From: an uncultured Verrucomicrobiae bacterium
Lineage (GTDB): Bacteria > Verrucomicrobiota > Verrucomicrobiia > Chthoniobacterales > UBA10450
Assembly (NCBI GenBank): GCA_963772365.1
Contig: CAVYXA010000004.1
Coordinates: 1 to 64,000 of the forward strand
Length of the DNA stretch: 64,000 bases
Direction: 5' to 3'
Below the pieces are notes generated by a model, which saw only the letters and a program-made list of their open reading frames with translations, did not search any database and was not told the origin of the DNA. Positions within the stretch are counted from its first letter, which is position 1, and each line of letters opens with the position of its first letter. This document shows, piece after piece, positions 21,538-31,726 of this stretch. Both the position numbers and the translations under genes were made by a program.

Positions 21538-24500
21538 ATGCCGCGGAACGATCAGATCAAAAAAATTTTGCTCATCGGCTCGGGTCCAATCGTGATCGGA
21601 CAGGGCTGCGAATTTGATTATTCCGGCGTCCAGGCCTGCAAAGCCTTGCGCGAGGAACGCTACCAAGTCGTGCTGGTGAATTCCAATCCGGCCACGATCA
21701 TGACCGACCCGGAGTTTGCCGATCGTACTTACATCGAACCGATCACGGCCGAAGTCATTGAAGCGATCATCGAACGGGAAAAACCGGACGCGATCCTGCC
21801 GACAATGGGAGGTCAGACCGCTTTGAACGCGGCGATGGAACTTTATCGCAACGGCGCGCTTTCGCGGCATGGAGTGAAATTGATTGGCGCAAACGCGCAG
21901 GCGATCGCCAAGGGCGAAGATCGACAATTGTTCAAAGAAGCAATGCTGCGGATCGGGCTGGACGTGCCGCGCTCCGGGATCGCGCGCTCGATCGCCGATG
22001 CCAATCGCGTGGCGGACGAGATCGGCAAGTTTCCGTTGATTATTCGACCGGCGTTTACGCTGGGCGGTACCGGGGGCGGCATTGCTTACAATCGCGATGA
22101 GCTGAATGAAATCGCCGATCGCGGGCTGTCGCTTTCGCCTGTGACCGAAGTGCTCATCGAAGAATCGCTCGTTGGCTGGAAAGAATTCGAAATGGAAGTG
22201 ATGCGCGATCGCATGGACAACTGCGTTGTCGTTTGCTCCATCGAGAACTTTGATCCCATGGGTGTTCACACCGGCGACTCAATCACCGTCGCGCCGGTCC
22301 AGACTCTCACGGACAAGGAATATCAATTGATGCGCGATGCGTCATTCGCGGTCATTCGCGAAATCGGCGTCGAAACCGGCGGCTCAAATATCCAGTTCGC
22401 AGTCAATCCGGACAATGGCCGGATAGTTGTGATCGAGATGAATCCACGCGTCTCGCGCTCCAGTGCGCTCGCTTCCAAAGCGACCGGTTTTCCCATCGCC
22501 AAGATCGCGGCCAAGCTCGCAGTCGGCTATACCCTCGACGAAATCAAAAACGATATTACTCGCGAAACGCCCGCCTGTTTCGAGCCGACTATCGATTATT
22601 GCGTGGTCAAAGTGCCACGGTTCACTTTCGAGAAGTTTCCGCAAGCCGATCCGACGCTTACGACCCAGATGAAAAGCGTGGGCGAAGCGATGGCAATCGG
22701 CCGCACCTTTAAGGAAGCGCTGCAAAAAGCATTGCGCAGCCTTGAGATCAAACGTTTTGGTTTATGCGCTGACGGCGCCGAAAACCGCGTCGATCCCGAA
22801 ACATTGCGCCGCAAACTTTCGGTGCCTAACGCGGAGCGAATCTTCTACATCGCGCAAGCATTCCAGGACGGAATGTCGATCGATGAAGTGTATGACCTGA
22901 CGAAGATCGATAGATGGTTTTTGCGAAACCTGGCGGAGATTGTCACCGAGTCGCAATGCCTGAAAACGAAACCGTTGCTTCGCGCCAAGAAGCTCGGGTT
23001 CTCGGATCGACAACTCGCCATTGCCACCGGCACTCCCGAAAACGAAATCCGCACTTTGAGAAAATCGGCGGGCGTAGTGCCAACCTACCGCTTGGTCGAT
23101 ACCTGCGCCGCGGAGTTCGAAGCCTATACACCTTACTACTATTCGACATACGGTGATGAGAATGAGCGGCGCGAATCGGGCAAGCGCAAGATCATGATTC
23201 TCGGCGGCGGCCCGAACCGAATCGGGCAAGGAATCGAGTTTGATTACTGCTGTGTGCACGCCGCATTCGCCCTGCGCGAGCTTGGGTTTGAAACAATCAT
23301 GGTTAACTCGAATCCGGAAACCGTTTCCACCGATTATGACACGAGCGATAAACTCTATTTCGAGCCGCTCACGCTGGAGGACGCTCTCAACATTTATGAA
23401 CAGGAAAAACCAGAGGGCGTGGTTGTTCAGTTCGGCGGGCAGACGCCGTTAAATCTCGCTGATGGTCTGAAAACCGCCGGTGTGCCGATCCTCGGGACAC
23501 AGCCGGAAAGCATCGAGACCGCTGAGGATCGACAATTATTCGCCGCGATGCTCGACAAGCTTGGGCTGCGTCAAACGCCGAGCGGCTCAGCTGTGAGCAC
23601 AGACGAAGCTGTCGCCATCGCGGCAAAGGTCGGGTATCCGGTCTTAGTGCGGCCGTCATTCGTGTTGGGCGGTCGCGCGATGGAGCTCGTTTACAACGAG
23701 GAAGATCTCCGGCGTTACATGCAGAGCGCCATCGAAGTCACGCCCGAGCGGCCAGTTCTGGTGGATCGGTTTCTCGAAGACGCAATCGAGGTGGATGTCG
23801 ATTGCATCGCCGACGGTGAAACAACCGTGATCGGCGCGATCATGGAACACATCGAGCAGGCCGGGATTCACAGTGGCGACAGCGCCTGTGTAATTCCCAC
23901 GTTTTCTCTTCCGAAAAAAGTGATCGACGAAATTTCATCGGCAACGAAAGCGATGGCGCGCGAATTAAAGGTGCGCGGCCTCATGAACGTACAGTTTGCC
24001 GTCAAAGGCGAGGACGTTTACGTGCTGGAAGTAAATCCGCGCGCGTCGCGCACCGTGCCGTTCGTAAGTAAAACCATCGGTGTGCCGCTGGCCAAACTCG
24101 CCGCCAAAGTCATGGTGGGAAAAAAATTGACCGAGCTCGGGTTTACCAAAGAAATCGCGCCGGATCATTTTGCGGTTAAAGAAGCGGTCTTTCCGTTTCT
24201 GCGTTATCAGGGCGTAGACATTTCGCTCGGCCCGGAAATGAAATCGACCGGCGAAGTAATGGGGATCGATGTCGATCTTGGGCTCGCCTATGCCAAATCG
24301 CAGATGGCCGCGCCGCCGCCATTGCCGAAAGAAGGGAACGTTTTCGTTAGCGTAAAAGACAGCGACAAGGAGGCGGTCATCCCGGTCGTGCGCGAGTTTG
24401 TCGATCTCGGGTTCAAGATCATTTCGACTGAAGGCACGTTTGCCGCATTGAAAAAGGCGCGTGTCCCGGTGTCCAAGGTTTACAAAATCGGGCATGGTCG

Positions 24501-24726
24501 GCCCAACGTGCTCGACCTCATCAAGAACGGGAACATCCATTTCATCATCAACACCCCGAGCGGAAAAATCCCGCGCGAACACGAAGTCGTGATTCGCAAT
24601 GCAGCGCTGGCCGCCAAAATCCCGATAATGACCACGGTGCGTGCCGCCTTGGCCAGTGCCAATGGCATTCGTTCGCTACAAAAACGAAAGGTAAGCGTGC
24701 GCAGTTTGCAGGAGTATCACTTGTAG
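21538..24726 (+). CDS. carB: Carbamoyl-phosphate synthase large subunit
   Basis: [17 protein letters not shown], two ATP-grasp domains, MGS domain. Confidence 0.98.
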   Translation: MPRNDQIKKILLIGSGPIVIGQGCEFDYSGVQACKALREERYQVVLVNSNPATIMTDPEFADRTYIEPITAEVIEAIIEREKPDAILPTMGGQTALNAAMELYRNGALSRHGVKLIGANAQAIAKGEDRQLFKEAMLRIGLDVPRSGIARSIADANRVADEIGKFPLIIRPAFTLGGTGGGIAYNRDELNEIADRGLSLSPVTEVLIEESLVGWKEFEMEVMRDRMDNCVVVCSIENFDPMGVHTGDSITVAPVQTLTDKEYQLMRDASFAVIREIGVETGGSNIQFAVNPDNGRIVVIEMNPRVSRSSALASKATGFPIAKIAAKLAVGYTLDEIKNDITRETPACFEPTIDYCVVKVPRFTFEKFPQADPTLTTQMKSVGEAMAIGRTFKEALQKALRSLEIKRFGLCADGAENRVDPETLRRKLSVPNAERIFYIAQAFQDGMSIDEVYDLTKIDRWFLRNLAEIVTESQCLKTKPLLRAKKLGFSDRQLAIATGTPENEIRTLRKSAGVVPTYRLVDTCAAEFEAYTPYYYSTYGDENERRESGKRKIMILGGGPNRIGQGIEFDYCCVHAAFALRELGFETIMVNSNPETVSTDYDTSDKLYFEPLTLEDALNIYEQEKPEGVVVQFGGQTPLNLADGLKTAGVPILGTQPESIETAEDRQLFAAMLDKLGLRQTPSGSAVSTDEAVAIAAKVGYPVLVRPSFVLGGRAMELVYNEEDLRRYMQSAIEVTPERPVLVDRFLEDAIEVDVDCIADGETTVIGAIMEHIEQAGIHSGDSACVIPTFSLPKKVIDEISSATKAMARELKVRGLMNVQFAVKGEDVYVLEVNPRASRTVPFVSKTIGVPLAKLAAKVMVGKKLTELGFTKEIAPDHFAVKEAVFPFLRYQGVDISLGPEMKSTGEVMGIDVDLGLAYAKSQMAAPPPLPKEGNVFVSVKDSDKEAVIPVVREFVDLGFKIISTEGTFAALKKARVPVSKVYKIGHGRPNVLDLIKNGNIHFIINTPSGKIPREHEVVIRNAALAAKIPIMTTVRAALASANGIRSLQKRKVSVRSLQEYHL

Positions 24727-24790
24727 CGGTCTATGACCGTCGCCGTCTCCGTGTTCAGAAATTTGCGACGGTCACCGACCGCCGCTACAG
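24722..24790. repeat. GTAG-type REP family B inverted doublet, supplying the carB stop
   Basis: TGTAGCGGTCTATGACCGTCGC...GCGACGGTCACCGACCGCCGCTACAG. Confidence 0.85.
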
Positions 24791-24797
24791 AAGTAGA

Positions 24798-25403
24798 ATG
24801 AAATTGTCGATCTTGCTGGCTGTGCTGTTGAGCTCGGCGGCCCTTGCCGCGTCAGAAAACAAAAACGAAAGCAAACCAGCCAGTGCTTCCGAGGAAGTCG
24901 CGATCATCAAGACCAGCGAGGGCGACATGGTGATCGAGTTTTGGAAAGACGCCGCGCCGAAAACGATCGAGAATTTCAAGTCACTGGCGCGAAAAGGTTT
25001 TTACAATGGCACCGCGTTTCATCGAATCGTGAAAGGATTCATGATTCAGGGGGGCGATCCGCTCACCAAAGATCCAGCGAAGGAAAGCGAGTACGGCAGC
25101 GGTAACGCCGGGTATCGGATCAAAGCTGAGTTTAACGATCACGGACACGAGCGCGGCGTGATTTCCATGGCGCGCGAGCCCGATCCCGATTCGGCAAGTT
25201 GCCAGTTTTTCATCTGCCTCGCGCCAGTCCACCGGCTCGATCACCAATACACGACATTCGGGAAACTGATTAAAGGCGACGATATGCTGGAGAAGATCGG
25301 TAATACACCGACGGTGCGCGGTCCGGATGGCGCAATGAGTAAACCGACCAAGCGCGTCGTGATTAATAAGATCGACATCGTCCCGGCGAGCTCAGTGAAG
25401 TGA
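24798..25403 (+). CDS. Periplasmic cyclophilin-type peptidyl-prolyl isomerase
   Basis: Signal peptide, FHRIVKGFMIQGGDP, SMAR, QFFI. Confidence 0.93.
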   Translation: MKLSILLAVLLSSAALAASENKNESKPASASEEVAIIKTSEGDMVIEFWKDAAPKTIENFKSLARKGFYNGTAFHRIVKGFMIQGGDPLTKDPAKESEYGSGNAGYRIKAEFNDHGHERGVISMAREPDPDSASCQFFICLAPVHRLDHQYTTFGKLIKGDDMLEKIGNTPTVRGPDGAMSKPTKRVVINKIDIVPASSVK

Positions 25404-25404
25404 T

Positions 25405-25511
25405 GTGGAAGTCAGGCTTCCAGCCTGACTCGGCCGGCGAGCTTCCAGCTTGCTTCCGGTATCGACATGCTGGAAGCATGTCTTCCCAGACAGGCAGGAT
25501 GCCTGTCATCC
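25405..25511. repeat. Composite REP-like cluster (family F, four short hairpins with CTTCCAG/CTGGAAG-type loops)
   Basis: GTCAGGCTTCCAGCCTGAC, GCGAGCTTCCAGCTTGC, GACATGCTGGAAGCATGTC, GACAGGCAGGATGCCTGTC. Confidence 0.75.
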
Positions 25512-25512
25512 G

Positions 25513-26394
25513 ATGAAGAACATAACCAAGATCGCACTGGTCCAAATGCGTTGCGGCGCGGATCCGAAGGCCAATTTTAAAAGAGCAATTGAATTCATCC
25601 GCAGCGCGGCAAAACAAGGCGCGCAAATCGTTTGTCTGCCGGAATTGTTTCGTTCGCAATATTTTTGCCAGAGCGAAGAGCACAAGAATTTCGAGCTGGC
25701 CGAGGAGGTTCCCGGAAGATCGACAGCCGACCTGGAAAAAGTTGCGGGTGAGCTTGGAATTGTGATTGTGGCTTCGTTGTTCGAAAAACGAAGCGCAGGT
25801 GTTTTTCACAATACCGCCGCGATCATCGATGCCGATGGAAAATTTCTTGGGAAATATCGCAAGATGCATATTCCCGATGATCCGTTGTATCACGAGAAAT
25901 TTTATTTCGCTCCGGGTGATCTCGGTTTTCGCGCCTGGAAAACCCAACGTGGAAATATCGGCGTATGCGTTTGCTGGGACCAATGGTATCCGGAAGCAGC
26001 CCGGCTGACTGCGCTAAACGGCGCCGAGATCATTTTCTATCCGACCGCTATTGGCTGGCATCCATCGGAGAAAAAGGAGTTCGGCGAAGCGCAACATTCG
26101 GCTTGGGAAACGATTCAGCGCAGTCACTCGATCGCGAATGGATGCTATGTGGCGGTTCCAAATCGCGTCGGCCACGAGGCACCGGCCGGTGGCGAAGGGA
26201 TCGAGTTCTGGGGCCAAAGTTTTGTTTGCGGACCGGATGGCCAGATCATCGCCAAAGGTTCAGTGGATCAGGAAGAAATCGTGATGGCAGATGTGGAATG
26301 GAAACGCGTGAATGAGCATCGGACGCACTGGCCGTTTCTGCGCGACCGAAGAGTCGACGCCTATGAGGGAATCGAAAAGCGCATGCTAGATTAA
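25513..26394 (+). CDS. aguB: Carbon-nitrogen hydrolase, N-carbamoylputrescine amidase-like
   Basis: LPELF, YRKMHIPDDP, CWDQWYPE, YPTAIGW, WPFLRDRR. Confidence 0.85.
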   Translation: MKNITKIALVQMRCGADPKANFKRAIEFIRSAAKQGAQIVCLPELFRSQYFCQSEEHKNFELAEEVPGRSTADLEKVAGELGIVIVASLFEKRSAGVFHNTAAIIDADGKFLGKYRKMHIPDDPLYHEKFYFAPGDLGFRAWKTQRGNIGVCVCWDQWYPEAARLTALNGAEIIFYPTAIGWHPSEKKEFGEAQHSAWETIQRSHSIANGCYVAVPNRVGHEAPAGGEGIEFWGQSFVCGPDGQIIAKGSVDQEEIVMADVEWKRVNEHRTHWPFLRDRRVDAYEGIEKRMLD

Positions 26395-26398
26395 GAGA

Positions 26399-27457
26399 AT
26401 GAATTTAATGACGCTCACCGAAATTCGCCGGGCAACCCAGAACGGCCCGATCACAGCGCGCACTCATGTGCAAGTCGAGAGCGTTGCCGCCGAGCTAACA
26501 AAGGAACAGCAACCGTATTGCAAACTCGGTCTGGCTGACGCATGCGACCGAATGACACTGCGGGTCTGGAGCGATCATCCCGCTTACAAAACGTGCAGCG
26601 CCTTCAAAGGCGAAGAGTTCATCGAGGTCACCGGCGAATTCTTTCAATCCCAATACGGAATGGAGGCGCGCAAATGGACGGTACGTCCGCTGACAGATCA
26701 GGAAAAAAATGAATTGCTCCAAGGCCCGGCCGAGTTGCGGACCAAACAGACGTCGGACTGGGAACTGATCCGCAAAAATTGTGAAACGATTGTCGATCCT
26801 CGATTGCGGAGGCTGTGCGATGCCTTTCTCAACGAATGGGGGGATCGGTTTCGGCGCACGGCCGCGGCCCGCAATTATCATCACGCCAGACGCGGTGGTT
26901 TGGTCGAACACACTGCGCAAATGATGCGGCTGGCGATGGCGATCGCTCCGATTTATCCCGAATTGAATCTTGATCTTCTGACCGCCGGGATCCTGTTTCA
27001 CGACTCGGGAAAACTGTGGGAGAACCAATACTCGGAAAGCGGTTTCGTCATGGCTTACGATGAGATTGGCGAATTGATGGGGCACATCTCGGTGGGACTC
27101 GAGCTGGTAAATTCACTCTGGCGAAAATTGAGCGCCGAAAATGCCGCGACTTGGAAAAATCTCGCGCCGCCATCGGAAGATGTGCGGATGCATCTATTAC
27201 ATCTCATCGGATCGCATCATGGCGAAATGCAATTCGGCTCGCCGGTTTTTCCAAAAACGCCGGAAGCGATGGCGTTGCATTACATCGACAATCTGGATGC
27301 ACGTTTGGAAATGTTCGCCGCGGGTTATGCCAGCGCAAAACCGCTGGCCGAGCGGATCTTCGAGCGAGCCCGTCCATTGCCGGCAAATCTGGTCAAATCG
27401 CTTGAGAAATTCCGATCGAGCGCACCAGTTGCTCCCGGATCAGATCAGCTATTGTGA
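26399..27457 (+). CDS. OB-fold + HD-domain 3'-5' exoribonuclease (YhaM/CBF1 family)
   Basis: AA..YHHA..GGL.EHT, LFHDSGK, GHI, SHHG, P.TPEA..LHYID. Confidence 0.85.
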   Translation: MNLMTLTEIRRATQNGPITARTHVQVESVAAELTKEQQPYCKLGLADACDRMTLRVWSDHPAYKTCSAFKGEEFIEVTGEFFQSQYGMEARKWTVRPLTDQEKNELLQGPAELRTKQTSDWELIRKNCETIVDPRLRRLCDAFLNEWGDRFRRTAAARNYHHARRGGLVEHTAQMMRLAMAIAPIYPELNLDLLTAGILFHDSGKLWENQYSESGFVMAYDEIGELMGHISVGLELVNSLWRKLSAENAATWKNLAPPSEDVRMHLLHLIGSHHGEMQFGSPVFPKTPEAMALHYIDNLDARLEMFAAGYASAKPLAERIFERARPLPANLVKSLEKFRSSAPVAPGSDQLL

Positions 27458-27463
27458 CCTGTT

Positions 27464-27889
27464 ATGATTACGTATCCCAAAAGCCCCAACGAAACCGTGC
27501 GCGGGATGATTTATTTCCCGAGGATGCTGGACAAGATCCGGATGCATGCGCGAGGCGAGTTGCACGAGGACTATCATAAAAACTTCGGCACACGTCGGAC
27601 GGCTGACGCGGCCTGCTGTAATTTTTTGCGGGTAAATCATTCTGATCTCTGCGAGCGCGTCCGGCAGGGCGGCACCGACGAGGAAATTTTGGATTGGTGT
27701 TTCGAAAAAGGCCGTCGGCTGAATGAAGGCGACATTACTGTATGGAACGGTTTTGCTTCGAAACTGGGCTGGCGCGATTTCGCCACGCCTGTGCTCGAAC
27801 AGGCAAAACGGAAAGCCGGTGTGGCGGACCGCGACGACATCGCCACCATCCCCGATTTCATCGATTTCGACGAAGGCCGCTGCGCCTAG
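27464..27889 (+). CDS. DUF5069-like protein
   Basis: P.SP....G..YFPRMLDKIR, D.....FL, D.DEGR C-terminus. Confidence 0.7.
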   Translation: MITYPKSPNETVRGMIYFPRMLDKIRMHARGELHEDYHKNFGTRRTADAACCNFLRVNHSDLCERVRQGGTDEEILDWCFEKGRRLNEGDITVWNGFASKLGWRDFATPVLEQAKRKAGVADRDDIATIPDFIDFDEGRCA

Positions 27890-27946
27890 GGTGCGGCTCC
27901 AATGATCGATTTATCGATCAAGTGACTATGTTTCACCTGCAGCGGA

Positions 27947-27977
27947 AAAGCGACGCGAGGACTCGTCGCACTCCAAA
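27947..27977. repeat. REP-like hairpin (family G) between convergent genes
   Basis: AAAGCGACGCGAGGACTCGTCGCACTCCAAA; single copy in this window. Confidence 0.4.
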
Positions 27978-28031
27978 GCTTCGCAAAACGGGAACACACC
28001 ATGGCTACATTTCGCTTTGGAGACGGTCGTC

Positions 28032-28889
28032 CTAACGAAGTCTGCGTCGGGCTTCGTCGAGATAGGTCTTGTCGATCTCGAACCCGATAAAGTTCGTTAT
28101 GCCGCAGCGCTGCGCGGCCACAGCGGAATTCCCGATCCCGAGGAACGGATCGAGCATGGTCTCCACGCGTGAGATGCCATGTAACTTGACGCACCATTCC
28201 GCGAGTTGAACCGGAAATGTAGCCGGATGCGGGCGTTCTTTTTCGCGGCTTTGGATGGTCTCGTAAGGAATAAACCAAGTGTTGCCACGGCAACGCAAAT
28301 CCTTACCAACGGTGTGATTCCAACGCGCGATGTTGCTCTTGTCCTGATAAGGAACTCCCAGTGCGAGGCGATCGATTTCCACGCGACCCGATTTCGTAAA
28401 GTGAAAAATGTATTCGTGACAATCATTGAGAAATCGCTTCGAGCTGATCGGCTTGAAATGACCGAATGTCCTCGCGATTTGATCCACTCTCACCCGGCGC
28501 TTCGCGGCCGCCTCTCCCTGCCTAGGGAGAGGATGGTCGTGTTTGAGGTTTTGGGGCTCAATCGCGATCGATTTGATCCAGTGAATCGTATTTTGCAGAA
28601 CGAAAAGTTCCCGAAACTGCAAAACGATTTCGTGCGGCAACATTGGATTGCTGGGCGCCGCGCCGATATTCAAGAAGAACGAGCCGTCAGATTTGAGCAC
28701 GCGCTGAATCTGTCCTGCCCATTGTTTGCACCATTTCAAATACGATTGTCGATTCTGCCGATCATGATATTTCCGATAGGCTATTCCGAGATTGTAGGGC
28801 GGTGAAGTTACAACGAGATCGACAGCTTCCGCCGGAAGTTTCGCCATTCCTTTTACGCAATCTTCCAGTCCGAGATCGAACTGCGTCAC
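28032..28889 (-). CDS. Orphan beta-class amino (N4-C/N6-A) DNA methyltransferase with an in-frame repeat insertion
   Basis: Motif IV TSPPY precedes motif I LDPFLGIG; HPATFP; no restriction enzyme gene adjacent. Confidence 0.9.
   Translation of the reverse strand: MTQFDLGLEDCVKGMAKLPAEAVDLVVTSPPYNLGIAYRKYHDRQNRQSYLKWCKQWAGQIQRVLKSDGSFFLNIGAAPSNPMLPHEIVLQFRELFVLQNTIHWIKSIAIEPQNLKHDHPLPRQGEAAAKRRVRVDQIARTFGHFKPISSKRFLNDCHEYIFHFTKSGRVEIDRLALGVPYQDKSNIARWNHTVGKDLRCRGNTWFIPYETIQSREKERPHPATFPVQLAEWCVKLHGISRVETMLDPFLGIGNSAVAAQRCGITNFIGFEIDKTYLDEARRRLR
28481..28535 (-). repeat. Palindromic element family A inside the methyltransferase ORF
   Basis: Minus strand CCTCTCCCT-AGGC-AGGGAGAGGCGGCCGCGAAGCGCCGGGTGAGAG; matches 34063, 41333, 59194. 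Confidence 0.88.
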
Positions 28890-28940
28890 GGGCGAATGTT
28901 GCGCAGAAGGCGCCTGTCGTACACCAGAAATTTGGGCGAA

Positions 28941-30590
28941 TCAGTTCTTCGACTGATTTGGCAGTTGCTTCTCAAGCGCTGCTTCCAAGGCTTCATCGAC
29001 ATTTTCCACGGAAACGAACTTTAGTTTTTGTTTTGCTTCCTCTGGAACATCGACAAGATCTTTTTCGTTCAACTTGGGAATGATCACCGTGGAAATGCCC
29101 GCGCGCATCGCGGCCAAACTTTTTTCCTTGAGCCCGCCGATCGGCAAGACCAAACCGCGCAGAGTGATTTCGCCTGTCATTGCAACATCGGAACGCACCG
29201 GCCTGTTGCTGAAAAGTGAAGCGAGCGCGGTGAACATAGCGATCCCGGCTGAAGGCCGGTCTTTGGGCACTGCTCCAGCAGGCACATGCACGTGGACGTC
29301 GAGATTCCGAAAATCTTCCGGCGTTGCGCCGAGATGGCCGTCGCGGCTTCGGACCAGACTGAAGGCGGCCTGGACAGATTCTTTCATTACATCACCGATC
29401 TGACCGGTAAGAGTAACGTTCCCTTTGCCGGGATAACGGGCGGCTTCGATGTGAAGAATTTCGCCGCCGGCGGGCGTATAAGCCAGACCAGTAACGACAC
29501 CCGGTTTGCTCGTCTGGAGTTTTGTCTCGCGGACATATTTCGCCGGGCCGAGCATCTCCGCAGCCAAATCTGAAGTAACGACAACACGTTCGGTCTTTCC
29601 GCGCGCCACCTGCGCCGCAATACCGCGGCAGACCGATGCGATCTGCCGCTCAAGTTCCCGAACACCCGCTTCGTGAGTGTAATCGTTAACAATCCGGCGA
29701 AGTGCTTCCTCCTGAAATTCGCATTGCTCCTGCTTCAGCCCATTCTCCTCGAGTTGTCGCCGGACGAGATAACGTTTCGCGATCTCAAGCTTCTCTCGCT
29801 CCGTATAACCCGGTAGCGAAATCACTTCCATGCGGTCACGCATCGGTTCCGGAACTCCACCGACGTAATTGGCCGTCGCGATGAAAATGATTTGCGAAAG
29901 ATCGAACGGAACATCGAGATAGCGATCGACAAAGGCGTTATTCTGCCGAGGATCGAGAACCTCCAGCAGCGCGCTGGCCGGATCGCCTCGAAAATCGGCG
30001 CCGATTTTGTCGATCTCATCCAGCATGAAAACCGGATTGCGCGTGCCGCACCTCCGAAGCTCCTGAATGATGCGGCCCGGCATTGAGCCAATATACGTGC
30101 GGCGATGACCGCGGATTTCCGCTTCGTCCCGCATCCCGCCAAGACTGATTCGCACAAACTTGCGACCAAGAGCATCGGCAATGGATTGGCCGAGACTGGT
30201 CTTCCCCACGCCCGGCGGCCCGAGAAAACAAAGAATCGCGCCGTGCCCCTGCGGATTTAGCTTTCGTACCGCCAGATATTCGATGAGCCGCTTCTTCACC
30301 TTTTCCAGGTCGTAATGATCACGATCGAGGGTTTGCTGGGCTTGATCGAGATCGAGATTGTCCGTGCTCAATTTATTCCAGGGCAGATCAGCAATGATCT
30401 CGATGTAACTGACGATCACGGAAAATTCCGGACTGGCTGACGGAATGAAATCGAGTCGCTTCAGTTCGCGTTCGGCCTGTTTCATCACTTCCTCCGGCGG
30501 TTTGGCTTCCTCTAGCCGGGTGCGCAATTGCTGCGCTTGTTCTTCACCGCCTCCTTCCGCCTCACCAAGCTCGCGCATGTAATGCGCCAT
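28941..30590 (-). CDS. lon: Lon protease lacking the N-terminal substrate-binding domain (possibly degenerate)
   Basis: GPPGVGKTS, GHRRTYIG, LDEIDK, PKDRPSAG (canonical PKDGPSAG), PIGGLKEK; only 549 aa. Confidence 0.85.
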   Translation of the reverse strand: MAHYMRELGEAEGGGEEQAQQLRTRLEEAKPPEEVMKQAERELKRLDFIPSASPEFSVIVSYIEIIADLPWNKLSTDNLDLDQAQQTLDRDHYDLEKVKKRLIEYLAVRKLNPQGHGAILCFLGPPGVGKTSLGQSIADALGRKFVRISLGGMRDEAEIRGHRRTYIGSMPGRIIQELRRCGTRNPVFMLDEIDKIGADFRGDPASALLEVLDPRQNNAFVDRYLDVPFDLSQIIFIATANYVGGVPEPMRDRMEVISLPGYTEREKLEIAKRYLVRRQLEENGLKQEQCEFQEEALRRIVNDYTHEAGVRELERQIASVCRGIAAQVARGKTERVVVTSDLAAEMLGPAKYVRETKLQTSKPGVVTGLAYTPAGGEILHIEAARYPGKGNVTLTGQIGDVMKESVQAAFSLVRSRDGHLGATPEDFRNLDVHVHVPAGAVPKDRPSAGIAMFTALASLFSNRPVRSDVAMTGEITLRGLVLPIGGLKEKSLAAMRAGISTVIIPKLNEKDLVDVPEEAKQKLKFVSVENVDEALEAALEKQLPNQSKN

Positions 30591-30688
30591 GCAACCAGCG
30601 CAGTTTGATCCGGCTTATCGGGTCCATTGTAAATTAAACGTCGCCTGAGCCACTCCGATTTCAATCACATCTGAATCGCGCGCCGCCA

Positions 30689-30717
30689 TCATTCTGAGCG
30701 GTATGGAGCGCAGCGAA
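30689..30717. repeat. Half copy of repeat family D
   Basis: TCATTCTGAGCGG...GAGCGCAGCGAA. Confidence 0.5.
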
Positions 30718-30743
30718 CCAGGCTGGGCTTTCCGCCTTTTTAC

Positions 30744-31592
30744 CTATTCGCCTTTCTTGAGCAGACGCTTGCGAGCGCGCTCAAGCTGCCGGCGTTCGTT
30801 CTCGGTCAAGCTGGCCATCCCGGATTTGGAGATCTTATCTAGAATTGCATCGACAGAATCGGCCAGTTCGTTGGGTTCCGATGAACGGTGCGGTTCGGGT
30901 TTCGGTACGACTCGGAATTTCGGCCGCCGTTGGAATCGGGCTTTGAAATCGTTTAACCAGACCAGCTCCGGGCCCGCGCCGCGGGATTCAATGAAGAAAA
31001 ACGCGACGCCAATGCTCGCCCAAAGAACGAGAAGGCTTTGCCAGTCATGCGCTGCCATCCCACTCAAAGTTGCAACCGCTGCGAGGATTAGAAAAATCCA
31101 TTTTGCCGCGATTCGGAGAAAGAATTGAACATTCGGGTAAATGGTCACGAACGCTGTAAAAACGGCGAAGTGGAGCGCACCCGATCCGGCAAATCCCGTG
31201 CGCGTCCTCAGCCCCCACAACGTCAAAATCAGCGACGGCACCAGCAACAACAGACCGTAAAGCCAAATGTAAGCGCGCTGACCAATGAAACGCTCTACCT
31301 CGCGCCCAAAGAAAAAGAGCATGTACATCTCAATGGCAAACCAGAGCAACGCGTAGCCAGATGGCGAATGAATGAAAGCGTAGGTGACCAGTCGCCAGAT
31401 TTGCCCGTGCCAAACGTAGGCACTGTCGAACATCGCGCTGTTAAGCAGGCCGTCATGAATGAAGCCGATGATCAGAGCAGTCGCGATCGCGCAGACGACA
31501 TGGATGCCCACAAGGATCGTCGTGACATCGACAGGATAACGGCCCATCCACCCAACGGGTCGGTAGTCATCCGACGTGCTCACCCCAAACAT
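30744..31592 (-). CDS. Rhomboid-family intramembrane protein with C-terminal DUF6576-like tail
   Basis: GQIWRLVTYAFIH, FAGSG, VDAILDKISKSG..SLT..ER. Confidence 0.8.
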   Translation of the reverse strand: MFGVSTSDDYRPVGWMGRYPVDVTTILVGIHVVCAIATALIIGFIHDGLLNSAMFDSAYVWHGQIWRLVTYAFIHSPSGYALLWFAIEMYMLFFFGREVERFIGQRAYIWLYGLLLLVPSLILTLWGLRTRTGFAGSGALHFAVFTAFVTIYPNVQFFLRIAAKWIFLILAAVATLSGMAAHDWQSLLVLWASIGVAFFFIESRGAGPELVWLNDFKARFQRRPKFRVVPKPEPHRSSEPNELADSVDAILDKISKSGMASLTENERRQLERARKRLLKKGE

Positions 31593-31726
31593 GCTTCCAA
31601 TAAATCCCCTGCAGGCCTTTGCGCAAGCCGACCACGGGAACCCGCGAAGTTTTTGCTTGGAGATGCCATTGATGCAGCCGAAAATTAACGCCCCGACTCT
31701 TTCTCCAGGTTCTACCATCGACATCC

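Noticed and set aside
27903..27920. Perfect inverted repeat TGATCGAT-TT-ATCGATCA
   Set aside because: Single copy between convergent genes, built from words already very common here; no function can be supported.
26399..28889. HD nuclease + DUF5069 + methyltransferase as a defence system
   Set aside because: The methyltransferase is convergent on the opposite strand and the HD protein looks like housekeeping YhaM; there is no sign of a shared operon.
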